Of a stretch of DNA of 19,605 nucleotides, positions 7,628 through 17,039 are shown piece after piece; the first letter of the stretch is position 1; each line of letters opens with the position of its first letter. The translations under genes were made by a program, and so were the position numbers. Below the pieces are notes generated by a model. It ran no database searches, was not told where the DNA came from, and saw nothing but the letters and a program-made list of their open reading frames with translations. This stretch comes from Candidatus Njordarchaeota archaeon. Lineage in GTDB: Archaea; Asgardarchaeota; Njordarchaeia; Njordarchaeales; JAHKLH01. The stretch lies in the NCBI GenBank assembly GCA_029856635.1, contig JAHKLH010000006.1:1-19605 (forward strand), written 5' to 3'.

Positions 7628-7881
7628 AATTAAAATGCAGATTTTAGTTTTTAAATAGCCGAAGGAGGTGTATAGGAATTTAGAAGTATGATGGAATCTA
7701 GAACGATTGATAAATTATTCCTAACTAGAAAGATGCCCGTTTAGGTAATTGAGAAAAATCAATCAAGTTAAAGTGTCATTTTACACTGTAAATATTACAA
7801 AATTTATAGAAACTGCATGTGTGGAGAATCTCCCAAAGAACATTTAAATAGTAATCCCCTTAATTATGCATAGTTGAAGTA

Positions 7882-8247
7882 ATGGAGGTTACCATGGGGA
7901 CCCGAACGTTCCATACGGGTGAAGCTCGAAAGTTTCTTCACGAATTTACTAGACAATTACAAGTTGTAGTTAGAACAGGAAAAATAAAATTTGGTTTTAG
8001 ATCAACCCTTCGATGCATTCAGAGAGGATATGCAAAGCTTGTCATTGTTGCAAAGAACCTACCCGACGAAAAGAAAAAATTACTCTGGTACTTATGTAAA
8101 TTAACAAATGTGCTTTTCTATGAAGCACCAGTAAATACTGATGAACTTGGAGAAATGGTTAGGCGACCACACAGAATAGCATCACTTGTTATACTTGATG
8201 TGGGTTCTTCAAACATACTCAAATTAGTACAGAGTGCCCCAATATAG
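7882..8247 (+). CDS. rpl30e: 50S ribosomal protein L30e
   Basis: ...TGKIKFGFRSTLRCIQRGYAKLVIVAKNLP...VLFYEAPVNTDELGEMVRRPHRIASLVILDVGSSNIL... matches the L30e family end to end. An alternative ATG lies at 7894. Confidence 0.88.
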   Translation: MEVTMGTRTFHTGEARKFLHEFTRQLQVVVRTGKIKFGFRSTLRCIQRGYAKLVIVAKNLPDEKKKLLWYLCKLTNVLFYEAPVNTDELGEMVRRPHRIASLVILDVGSSNILKLVQSAPI

Positions 8248-8268
8248 TTTTTGAAAGGAGGAATTTTT

Positions 8269-8688
8269 ATGTCACGCGGCTTCAAAATAATGGACCCAGC
8301 GCTGTTCGCAGCAGTAAGTCTTTTTTCTACAACCACCAATATGTTTCCGTTTGATTACTATGAAACAGATAATTTGCTTACATTTCTAGTGAGAGAGGAT
8401 GAATTTCATCCAGTACCAAAAACAGTCTTACAAGAATTATCACGCCAGCTTAAGAAGAGAGTTAGAGTTGTAGCATTTTCTGAAGATCTTGAAACATTTG
8501 TTAAACGATTATTTGCTCCAGCAAAAGTTGAGTGGATTCGCGAAAAAGCAGGTGCCAAGAGGATTCTTCTAGTAAAGGTTGATGCATTTCAAAAAGGAAT
8601 TGCACTTGGAAGAAATGCGGCAAAACTTAAAACAGCGAGATACTTTCTTAACAAGTACTTTAAAATTGATTCAATCCGAATAGTTTAA
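8269..8688 (+). CDS. nusA: Archaeal NusA-like transcription termination/antitermination protein (two KH domains)
   Basis: The conserved rpl30e-nusA adjacency is present. ...VRVVAFSEDLETFVKRLFAPAKV... and ...GIALGRNAAKLKTARYFL... match the archaeal NusA KH pattern. Start set at the ATG at 8269, with AGGAGG 7 nt upstream. Confidence 0.8.
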   Translation: MSRGFKIMDPALFAAVSLFSTTTNMFPFDYYETDNLLTFLVREDEFHPVPKTVLQELSRQLKKRVRVVAFSEDLETFVKRLFAPAKVEWIREKAGAKRILLVKVDAFQKGIALGRNAAKLKTARYFLNKYFKIDSIRIV

Positions 8689-8739
8689 CTTTTCTTCGAT
8701 TGTACAAAAAGCATCCACATTTTTCTTCAGGCGTTTTTC

Positions 8740-9444
8740 ATGGAAGTACGAATTGGAGCATCTGGTTGGCGATGGACTCTAGGTGATTTCTCCAGGTACA
8801 GAATGCTCGCGCCGTTTAATGCAATTGAAATAGACTATACCTTCTATAAAATACTAAGTCAACGAGAAGTTCAGAAATTTCTTCTTGAGGGAGGAAACCT
8901 AAAATGGGCAGTTAAGGTTCATAGGAGCATAACACATCGTTATTTTTTTGATGAAAATGCAATCAAATTTTTTAGGAGATTTAAAAAATCTCTTAAGTTA
9001 ATGGAAGATCGGAAAATGATAGAATTTTACGTGTTTATAATACCGCCAGCACTAAAACCATCTCAAGAACTCTTATTTCGTATTAAGAAATTTATATCAG
9101 CATCAAATATTTCGAATAAAGCAGCATTTGAATTCAGATCAAGGGAATGGTATTCAGAGGAATGGCTTAAGGAAATGCAGAAACTTGGAATTACTGTAGT
9201 TTCGGTAGATGCTCCGGGTTTTCATTATTTTGTTAAAACAACAAATAAAATCTATGTTCGGCTTCATGGTAGGCGGAATTGGTTTTTTGATGTTTACAAT
9301 AATGAGGAATTAGATGAGATTTTGCTTGAAATAAAGAAGCTACTACCAGCAGATGTTATTTGGATTATCCTAGATAACGATCCTGGTATTTTGAAAAATG
9401 GGACATATTTACTTTCAAGATGGGAGGAAATTTTTCACATATGA
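8740..9444 (+). CDS. DUF72 (UPF0759) family protein
   Basis: ...RIGASGWRW...FNAIEIDYTFYK...WAVKVHRSITH...VRLHGR... follows the DUF72 signature pattern. Confidence 0.72.
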   Translation: MEVRIGASGWRWTLGDFSRYRMLAPFNAIEIDYTFYKILSQREVQKFLLEGGNLKWAVKVHRSITHRYFFDENAIKFFRRFKKSLKLMEDRKMIEFYVFIIPPALKPSQELLFRIKKFISASNISNKAAFEFRSREWYSEEWLKEMQKLGITVVSVDAPGFHYFVKTTNKIYVRLHGRRNWFFDVYNNEELDEILLEIKKLLPADVIWIILDNDPGILKNGTYLLSRWEEIFHI

Positions 9445-9465
9445 AAAAATCTTATAGGAATGATA

Positions 9466-11055
9466 TCACGTGAAGAGCATAGAGACGTCTGGTGCTTCTT
9501 TTCTTGGAATGAAACCAAGCTCGTTTTCTACAATTTCATTTAGCTTTTGATGCGAATTTAAGAATTTCTCGCAGTGTGCTGTTTTTAGTAATTCTTCTAT
9601 GTCTGGCGAAATTCGAGCATTTAAATGAAATAATGTTCGGGCCAAAAGATATATGCATATATTTCGTAGAGTATTCTTTAATTTCTTGGCAATTTCAATT
9701 TGTTCTAGAATAGATTGTGCTAGTTTTTCTGAGAAAATTTTAGCTATATTTTTGCTTTTTTCACTTAATGAAGCCAAAAAGATGATCATTGTATCAAAGA
9801 GAAATATTTCGGGTATTCCGAGTAAAAAATAAATTCCAAAAGAAGCGAGAGGATCTCTCCTTGCGTTATAAAATTCATTAATAAACTGAAGTGGCTTTTC
9901 GAATAAAGAATAACGTAAGAAAAACCTAATTTCATTAAATGTAACTTGAATTATCTCTATTGTTTCGAGTGGTGAGAAAAGGATTATATTAGGAGATAAT
10001 TCCGTTAGAGCATCGAGTGCTGGTGGTATTTTGGGAAAGATAAATGCATGAAGGTCTGGAGGAATTTTCAAGAATATAGACGAGTTTATTCCCAATAAAC
10101 GGAGTTTTTCATTAAGTATCTTTTCCCCGACTATTTTAAAAACATCTACAAAGGAATAAGAATCAAGTAGTAATCTCAATAGGTTTTTTGTAATCCAAAC
10201 TGCCAAGTCATCATATTTTCTATTAGAGAGCTTATCGGATATAATCCTAAAGGCATTTTTAAGCATCGTTTTTAGTTTTTCCATTCTTTCTCTAGCATCC
10301 TTCTCAATTGGTTGTAATAATGTTACCGAAATTGCTTCAGATAAAAATGCGATAGTAGGTAAAATAGTTAAAATTTCTTTATCTGACATAAGACCTATTG
10401 TTTCTAAATATTTCTCAGGAGACAATATATACTTCGCAAATGGTTTCTGAATACTTTCTATGTCACCAGAAGTAACCCTTAATGCAAGTAATAGATTAGT
10501 TAATGCTACCATAAATGAACGGATAAATCCAATATTTTTCATAATTTCTCTCAAGAATGCTGGTACATTAGCGAGCTTTGTAATGACATCTTCAGAAACT
10601 TTTAAAGGAAGGATCTTAACAATCTGCTTGGGAAGAACTCTTCGAGCATGGACGTTTGACAGACAGAATAGATATGTAGAAAGCCATTGCGAAAGCAAAG
10701 CCCATGCAACGTCATTCATGTTTATTTTCGTGAAATTTTCACATAAAATGGCGATAGTTTTAAACCAGTTATTTATATTTTCTGTCTGTAAAACTAAGGA
10801 ATCTCCCTTAGTTTTTGCAATAGGGTTTGAAATACGTTCGAGCGTCGCATTGACAATTTGTCTAATAAATGCGTCCTTTTCGGTCTGAGAAGTATCTGTA
10901 AGCAAGAGAAGATCGTATGGGGTTAGATATCTTGGAAATAGTAATGCCTTTATGCATGCAATAATTACTGGATTTTTCATTTTGTAATCCCTTCGAAATT
11001 TGGAATCAGTGCGGTGCTCGATCCTCATGAAGCGATCAGAGCAGGTCCGTCTCAT
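9466..11055 (-). CDS. Hypothetical large all-alpha protein (orphan; alternative ATG start at 10980)
   Basis: Provided 529-aa ORF, uninterrupted, with leucine/isoleucine-rich helical repeat-like composition. No family recognised. Confidence 0.6.
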   Translation of the reverse strand: MRRTCSDRFMRIEHRTDSKFRRDYKMKNPVIIACIKALLFPRYLTPYDLLLLTDTSQTEKDAFIRQIVNATLERISNPIAKTKGDSLVLQTENINNWFKTIAILCENFTKINMNDVAWALLSQWLSTYLFCLSNVHARRVLPKQIVKILPLKVSEDVITKLANVPAFLREIMKNIGFIRSFMVALTNLLLALRVTSGDIESIQKPFAKYILSPEKYLETIGLMSDKEILTILPTIAFLSEAISVTLLQPIEKDARERMEKLKTMLKNAFRIISDKLSNRKYDDLAVWITKNLLRLLLDSYSFVDVFKIVGEKILNEKLRLLGINSSIFLKIPPDLHAFIFPKIPPALDALTELSPNIILFSPLETIEIIQVTFNEIRFFLRYSLFEKPLQFINEFYNARRDPLASFGIYFLLGIPEIFLFDTMIIFLASLSEKSKNIAKIFSEKLAQSILEQIEIAKKLKNTLRNICIYLLARTLFHLNARISPDIEELLKTAHCEKFLNSHQKLNEIVENELGFIPRKEAPDVSMLFT

Positions 11056-11119
11056 CAGTCTAAAACATTAAAACAGAGAAAATATATTTATTGAGCAATT
11101 ACACTATTGGTGGAAAACT

Positions 11120-11758
11120 GTGGTGCATAAAAAGCATAAGAGCTTAGTGCTGATGAATTTTATTGTGATTGTAGTCTTTTGCCTGCTGTTGTTTTCTATC
11201 AACGCTTATGAACTAAAAACAGACACAGCAGATATAATTGTGACACGTGTTGCGGATAAGTTTATCGCAAAACCAAATGAAAACATAACTCTGAGTACGA
11301 TTATATACAATAGAGGCTATTGGACTATCACAGAAGTGAAATTTTTCTTCATAGTTCCGTTTCCATCAAGAGTAATTTCTTACAGTTCCGACAATTTCAC
11401 AAATGTTTCAATCAGTAGAATTCGTCCAGGATTTAACATTAGCATTCGATCCACGCGTGGGATATTACCTAAAACTACATATATACACAATGTGACAATC
11501 GTTTTTGAAACAGATGGAAATTACACGATTACAGGGGGCCGGCTTGTTTTAACTATGAAAAAAGGTGAGTATGTTCTTGAAAAAGTAGTTTTTCAAGTAA
11601 ATGATATTCATATTATCATAAAATCCGCAGTGTTGTCTCGACGAAAAGTACCAGAAGAAGGAACTATAGATGCAACTTTCTCAATCATTATCTTACTTAT
11701 TACGCCATTTATATTGATGAAAATTAGTGATTTGGTAGCACGAGCTATGAAGAGATAA
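11120..11758 (+). CDS. Hypothetical membrane-anchored beta-rich protein (N-terminal signal/TM, C-terminal TM)
   Basis: Hydrophobic N-terminus LVLMNFIVIVVFCLLLFSINA. The central part looks beta-sandwich-like and carries many N-x-S/T sequons. C-terminal TM FSIIILLITPFILM followed by basic residues. Confidence 0.55.
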   Translation: MVHKKHKSLVLMNFIVIVVFCLLLFSINAYELKTDTADIIVTRVADKFIAKPNENITLSTIIYNRGYWTITEVKFFFIVPFPSRVISYSSDNFTNVSISRIRPGFNISIRSTRGILPKTTYIHNVTIVFETDGNYTITGGRLVLTMKKGEYVLEKVVFQVNDIHIIIKSAVLSRRKVPEEGTIDATFSIIILLITPFILMKISDLVARAMKR

Positions 11759-11793
11759 TCGAAAGTAATAATAAAATTTCTGGTTTCGTTTCT

Positions 11794-13206
11794 TTACCTT
11801 GGTGTTCTTATTAACTCCTCTAGCTCCCCTAATAACCGCATATGTTTTATGAAATCTTCTTCAGTAATTCTAATTTTCTGCATTCGAGCATTCTCAAGTA
11901 CATTCAGTAAACGTAGAAAACGATCTCTGTATCTCTCGTGGAATGTCGATGAAATATGTGAGAATTCCTCAATAATTTCAAGAATTTTTTCCTTGGCAAT
12001 ACCATGTTTTCTTTTCATTTCAAAAATCAGATAAGCAATATACATGGAAAGTGCTGAAACAAAATCACGCTTTTGTATAAAGAACCTCAATCGTTCTCTA
12101 AATTCAGATATAAGCTCTCGGCGTTCTGGTTTAAGTATTGGAATTTTTGGACTTACTGCATGCCCAGCAAATCCCAATAATATTGAAATCAATATTATTG
12201 GAATAACGGGAGCTAGGAACCAGCTGGTACTCAACCAAAGGAGTCCAGAAAGCCAAAGTCCTAACCAGAATACGGGCTCAAAGGGTGTTTTAGAAAGATG
12301 GCTTTCATCAAATATCACTAATTTCTCTTCACAGACTTGAGATAGCCATTCGAACAAATTCAAAATAAATTTTTCATTATCACATCCAATTTTAGAAGCT
12401 TCATCTAAGACATCATTTGTAAATATGTCTGGATCAGAAATCATGGCAAAGCGTACACTAGCAAAATCACCAATGATGCTTAAGCTGAAAGAAATTCCTC
12501 CCCATTCGTTAGGATCCGGTGTAGCGCTTCCTTCTTTGGCGTCTTTAAGCGATGTTTCAAGCCAAGAGTACTGAGTAGATGCCAAAAATCCAGCTTCTCC
12601 TGGCAAAGGTACAAATCGTTCACTTCCATTTTCTAATTTAAATTTTGCTACAATTACTGACGGAAAATTAGTTAAAATTGCATTAACTCCACGCAAAATA
12701 CCATAAGGATCATTAAATCGAGTTATTATTGGAGCAGCTGGGGTTTTATAATAGCTTTCTGCATCCATTAGAACAGCAGATCTATTAAAGTATAGACCAA
12801 CGAGTTGGAATTTTTGACCGGGGATAGTATATGAGAGCATAGTCCAAATTCCATCGAGTAAGCTATTTGCTTGACCAAAATCATCAGCAATTAATAATGC
12901 TCCACCGTGCATGCCAAGATACGAAAGTAATGATATTACCTCGTACTGTGAAAACTCTATAGCAGGGCCAATAATAACAATTATCGCACTTTCATTTACC
13001 TTTGATAATGCTTGTAATGATGAAATAATGGTCATGACTCTGAAGCCATTTCTTTCTAATAAGCTCTTAAGTTTGCTTAAACCAAAACGTCCATTATTAC
13101 GAATAGAATATGGAGCAAAGCTTAAGTTTGGAAATATTCCAAAGACTAACAGGGAATATATAGAAAAGAGAAAAACAATCATCATTAGAGCCCTAATACT
13201 GTTCAT
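11794..13206 (-). CDS. DUF4350-like membrane protein
   Basis: N-terminal TM, then ...GLSKLKSLLERNGFRVMTI...AIIVIIGPAIEFSQYEV..GGALLIADDFG..., the pattern I associate with DUF4350. There is a later TM segment. Start trimmed to the ATG at 13206 (MNSIRAL...), 5 nt after the upstream gene's stop. Confidence 0.6.
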   Translation of the reverse strand: MNSIRALMMIVFLFSIYSLLVFGIFPNLSFAPYSIRNNGRFGLSKLKSLLERNGFRVMTIISSLQALSKVNESAIIVIIGPAIEFSQYEVISLLSYLGMHGGALLIADDFGQANSLLDGIWTMLSYTIPGQKFQLVGLYFNRSAVLMDAESYYKTPAAPIITRFNDPYGILRGVNAILTNFPSVIVAKFKLENGSERFVPLPGEAGFLASTQYSWLETSLKDAKEGSATPDPNEWGGISFSLSIIGDFASVRFAMISDPDIFTNDVLDEASKIGCDNEKFILNLFEWLSQVCEEKLVIFDESHLSKTPFEPVFWLGLWLSGLLWLSTSWFLAPVIPIILISILLGFAGHAVSPKIPILKPERRELISEFRERLRFFIQKRDFVSALSMYIAYLIFEMKRKHGIAKEKILEIIEEFSHISSTFHERYRDRFLRLLNVLENARMQKIRITEEDFIKHMRLLGELEELIRTPR

Positions 13207-13211
13207 GTGTA

Positions 13212-15497
13212 CTACCTCTCTTTGCGTTTTAACACAAAACTTAACCAATTTCTAATCGCGATTAATGATTTTACTAATAACTCCAATTCTCGATGGGATA
13301 ATATCCTATCAGCAAATACTATTTTCTCGTAGGAATTTACAAGATTATTTAATGAAGAAGCAATTTTCTTTGGGGCATGCCGAGATATATGACTAACAAA
13401 CTCCCGGAATGTCATCCATGGTGTCCACTTAACATTTAGGAATTCACCGATTTCATCACATAATCTTATGATATTAAGTGCAATCTTACCCCAATTTCGC
13501 CTATCAATTTCATCAATTGTAATGTCAATTAGCCTCATTATCTCAGAGATTTTTTCACGAGGCTTTGGTATCATTAGTTTCTTAAAGTAAGGAAAAGACA
13601 CAGCAATTACTAGTGCTAAGAGCAGTGTAATGAAAATGGGCCTTAAATCAGAGGGAGATGGTGTTATTTCTTCTTCTGGTGCTATTACGCTTACGTGAAT
13701 ATGCAACTCATACTTCTGTGTTTCTTCATTTTCCGGAACACTTAACCTGAAAATTATTTCAACGGTTTCATTTAACTGCAAAAATATAACTTTAGACACA
13801 TAGATTTCGATATTTTTTCTAGAAATATTACTGATTTCAATAGTGCAAAGAATAGTTTCATTATATGGTCTCAAGAAATTATCCAATATCGTGATGTTTA
13901 TTTCCAAGGTTACAGATTTTGCAAAGAATTCTAACTGAGAGGATGCGTTATGAGACACCACAGCACCATCGATGAGATCCCATGAAAACATTGTAGTGTT
14001 TACTCTAATGAACGCTGCTAGAAATCTCCAAATCAATACCTGTGTTGTATAATTCTTGGTAAAATAGAAACGCGAATCTGGTGATATAATATTTATTCCA
14101 ATAGTTACATTCGGCTCCATTAAATCTGCGGGGATTAAAATGTTCACATGAAAACGACCTAAGCTATCAGTGAGCACATTTTGTTGAAAGAAAAGAAATG
14201 TTGATGTTTTTGCAAAAATTAATAAAGAGGCGTTTCCTATGTATTTTCCTGATGGAACATCAACAACATGCCCGCTGATGCTTAAATAATCTCCAGCACG
14301 AACATAGTGCTTGCCTATGTTTACATCAACCACAGAAAGAATAGTGTATACGGTCATTGTTAAAATAGATGAAAAGTCGCTAGTGCTTGGATCTGTGTCA
14401 TTGAAAGTTAATATGTAATTCCCAACGGGAAAAGAAGGCGTTATGTTTAACAAAAATGTAAAACTTCCATCAACTGAAGTGTTTATTAGATAACTTTCGT
14501 TAAATGTAGATCCCCTTAGTGTAAACACTAACTGCGTAGCTTCCGGATCCCCCGTTGCATTTATATATTTTCCAGACACAATCACGTATGTATAATTTCT
14601 AAGAACCCTCAATGATGTGCTTCCATTAATCCTAGCACTAATTACACATGCCCATTTTACATTAAAGCTATCAAAATCCAAAGAACGGGGAATGCCAGAA
14701 ATGTTTGTTCTGTCTACAACATACTGTTCCTCGGCGATAAGATACTGAGCAGAGGGAATACTGCTTGCAATTGCATTGTAATTCGTGCCATTATACCAAA
14801 ATTCAGCTTGAACTTCATATCGTCCCTCACTTGTGAAATTGTAAATCAGCGTAAAAGAGCCATCTGTTCCTGTTGTTACATTAAATTGCTCAACAGAAGT
14901 GTTTAATTTAACATACAAAGATATGTTAATTGATTCAACTTTTAACTTCGTACCATTATCCATAACCAAAGATACAGTGATTTTAACATTTTTTTCAAAT
15001 GATGCTAAATTTCTCTTACTTAATTTAATATCAACGGAAATCTTACCCAAAATTGTTATTTCATATAATTTACTCGTTGGGCCAAATCCAGCTAGAGGAT
15101 TTCCAGGGTAATATATCCAAACAGTAGCATTTCCTATAGGATACGTAGACAAAACGGGAAATGAAACATTGAAATACCCCTGTGAATTCGTGCTAAAAGT
15201 TCCAATGAAAACAGATTTTCCACTACTAAAGTTAAGATAAACTTCAATTTGGTCATTGGGAATAGGTTCTCCAGTTTCTGGAGAGACTAATTGACCAGTA
15301 ATATTTACAAAATCCTCTCCGCGAACAAAGAATCCAAGCCAGTCAGAACTAGTTGCTCTTATTAAATTATCAAAGCTATTTTGTTTTGTTTCAGAAACTG
15401 CTTGCAGGCTTGAACTATTGATACATATATTGCCTCTAATGCCGAGCACTACATACAGTAGAGGGATCAAAAGAACTATTGTAGTTTTGAATCTCAT
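13212..15497 (-). CDS. Large secreted/surface protein with repeated beta-sandwich (carboxypeptidase-regulatory-like) modules, C-terminal TM and a DUF4129-like cytoplasmic tail
   Basis: It has a signal-like N-terminus, recurring ...G.V....G.PI.N..V......T...G.F...... modules and dozens of N-x-S/T sequons. TM LRPIFITLLLALVIAVSF. The tail ...WTPWMTFREFVSHIS...LNNLVNSYEKIVFADRILSHRE... resembles DUF4129. Confidence 0.62.
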   Translation of the reverse strand: MRFKTTIVLLIPLLYVVLGIRGNICINSSSLQAVSETKQNSFDNLIRATSSDWLGFFVRGEDFVNITGQLVSPETGEPIPNDQIEVYLNFSSGKSVFIGTFSTNSQGYFNVSFPVLSTYPIGNATVWIYYPGNPLAGFGPTSKLYEITILGKISVDIKLSKRNLASFEKNVKITVSLVMDNGTKLKVESINISLYVKLNTSVEQFNVTTGTDGSFTLIYNFTSEGRYEVQAEFWYNGTNYNAIASSIPSAQYLIAEEQYVVDRTNISGIPRSLDFDSFNVKWACVISARINGSTSLRVLRNYTYVIVSGKYINATGDPEATQLVFTLRGSTFNESYLINTSVDGSFTFLLNITPSFPVGNYILTFNDTDPSTSDFSSILTMTVYTILSVVDVNIGKHYVRAGDYLSISGHVVDVPSGKYIGNASLLIFAKTSTFLFFQQNVLTDSLGRFHVNILIPADLMEPNVTIGINIISPDSRFYFTKNYTTQVLIWRFLAAFIRVNTTMFSWDLIDGAVVSHNASSQLEFFAKSVTLEINITILDNFLRPYNETILCTIEISNISRKNIEIYVSKVIFLQLNETVEIIFRLSVPENEETQKYELHIHVSVIAPEEEITPSPSDLRPIFITLLLALVIAVSFPYFKKLMIPKPREKISEIMRLIDITIDEIDRRNWGKIALNIIRLCDEIGEFLNVKWTPWMTFREFVSHISRHAPKKIASSLNNLVNSYEKIVFADRILSHRELELLVKSLIAIRNWLSFVLKRKER

Positions 15498-16207
15498 ATC
15501 CGCCGCCGTGAGCGAAGTTTTTGAAGCTCCCGATTTATATACGAACGTACTCTGTTATAAAGATCGGGTACATGAGCTTCCCTTTCAATAAGTCTAATAG
15601 CACTCTCAACAATTTTCATAATCTCTGGATCCGCCTTTATCCAAATAACACCATTTGCACCAACGCGAATATCAGCATGTGTTAATTGCTTAATCATATT
15701 AATTAATTTTCCTTGTTTGCCAATAATTGCAGGAATTTTTGTTATATCTACGAAAATAAGCTTGCCACCAACGAGTTTACCAAGATCTGATGCTGCAGCA
15801 CTAAGCTGTGGAAGTGCGCCTCTTTCTGCTAAGATAACTTTAGCACAAACTACATCTCCCACATCCAAAAAACTCCTTATGTTTTCTCTCATTGGATCTA
15901 TAGGTCTACCTAAGAAATCTACTGCATCTAATCTTGCGACCTGATCAGCACCAATATCAACGTACCATGTAACGGGACCATAATCAACAACTTTTCCTAT
16001 CACTATGTCTCCCACCTTTGGAATATACTGATGATATCGAAGAGGAATGACCTTAACAGTCCTTTTTCGAAAATCAATGTGTGCAATACCCATAACATAC
16101 GCCCTAACAACATCACCATCTTTATAGGCCCCAAACTCTGTTCTCCATTGAGTACCCCTAACAATAGGTTCGCCAGGGATAACTATGCTACGATGCTTGG
16201 AACTCAT
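15494..16207 (-). CDS. rrp4: Exosome complex RNA-binding subunit Rrp4 (N-terminal, S1 and KH domains)
   Basis: ...IVIPGEPI..., S1 segment ...YIPKVGDIVIGKVVDYGPVTWYVDIG... and KH segment ...KIPAIIGKQGKLINMIKQLTHADIRVGANGVIWI... Confidence 0.9.
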   Translation of the reverse strand: MSSKHRSIVIPGEPIVRGTQWRTEFGAYKDGDVVRAYVMGIAHIDFRKRTVKVIPLRYHQYIPKVGDIVIGKVVDYGPVTWYVDIGADQVARLDAVDFLGRPIDPMRENIRSFLDVGDVVCAKVILAERGALPQLSAAASDLGKLVGGKLIFVDITKIPAIIGKQGKLINMIKQLTHADIRVGANGVIWIKADPEIMKIVESAIRLIEREAHVPDLYNRVRSYINRELQKLRSRRRI

Positions 16208-16292
16208 TCAAGACTCCTTCACAAATAATCTTTAACACAAAAAAGAAATCCAGTTTTTTATTGATACGAAAAAGTTTTGAAAAGCATTAGAA

Positions 16293-17039
16293 GTGATTAG
16301 AATGAAAAAAGGCGAAGTCCAATTACTTGATGAACAAAAAAGAAGACATGATGGGAGAGCGCCGAATGAAACACGACCAATATCAATGAAAGTAGGCGTT
16401 TTAGATAGAGCTGATGGTTCAGCATTAGTAGAGTTCGGCAAAACAAAAGTATTAGCCGCAGTTTATGGTCCAAGAGAGGTTCATCCAAGACACCTAGCAC
16501 TTCCCGATCGAGCATTATTGAGAGTTTCATACCGTATGGCAACATTTTCTACATGGGAAAGAAAACGCCCCACTCCCTCTAGGCGCGAAATAGAATTAAG
16601 TATGGTAATTGCAAGTGCGCTCGAACCAGCATTATTTCTAGAAAAATATCCAAAATGTGCAATTGATGTGTTCTGTCTTGTAATCGAAGCTGATGGCGGC
16701 ACACGTACTACAGCAATTAATGCAGCATCTTTAGCGTTAGCAGATGCTGGTATTCCAATGAGAGGATTAGTTGTAGCAATAGCTGTTGGAAGAGTTGGTG
16801 ATACCATCATAGTTGACCTAGATGAGGTTGAAGACAATTACGCTGAGTCAGATATGCCGATTGCAATGCTATTTCCACAAGAAGAAATTACACTTTTACA
16901 GATGGATGGAACAATGTCACCACATCTTTTCGAGCAAGCATTAGAAACTGCAAGACAAGTGCTGAGGAATGTTTACTCTCTTCAAGTAAAAGCTCTAAAA
17001 GAAAGAGCGCTTAAAGCTAGAACAAAGGTTGTATTATAG
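16293..17039 (+). CDS. rrp41: Exosome complex exonuclease Rrp41 (RNase PH-like catalytic subunit)
   Basis: ...DGRAPNETRPI...ADGSALVEFGKTKVLAAVYGPRE.HPRHLALPDRALLRVSY...PSRREIELS...ADGGTR...ASLALADAGIPMR... closely matches archaeal Rrp41. GTG at 16293 or ATG at 16302. Confidence 0.93.
   Translation: MIRMKKGEVQLLDEQKRRHDGRAPNETRPISMKVGVLDRADGSALVEFGKTKVLAAVYGPREVHPRHLALPDRALLRVSYRMATFSTWERKRPTPSRREIELSMVIASALEPALFLEKYPKCAIDVFCLVIEADGGTRTTAINAASLALADAGIPMRGLVVAIAVGRVGDTIIVDLDEVEDNYAESDMPIAMLFPQEEITLLQMDGTMSPHLFEQALETARQVLRNVYSLQVKALKERALKARTKVVL

Noticed and set aside
7688-7712. C/D-box-like string AUGAUGG, 12 nt, then UUGA, in the 254-nt helicase/rpl30e intergenic region, inside a weak AGGAAU...AUUCCU hairpin
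   Set aside because: There is no CUGA D box, no C' box and degenerate C and D' boxes. I cannot support it as an sRNA or as an L30e/L7Ae K-turn regulatory element from sequence alone.
7823-7833. Palindrome GGAGAaTCTCC just upstream of the rpl30e TATA-like box
   Set aside because: It is a single short palindrome in AT-rich DNA with no repeat of the motif elsewhere in the window. This is insufficient to call an operator.
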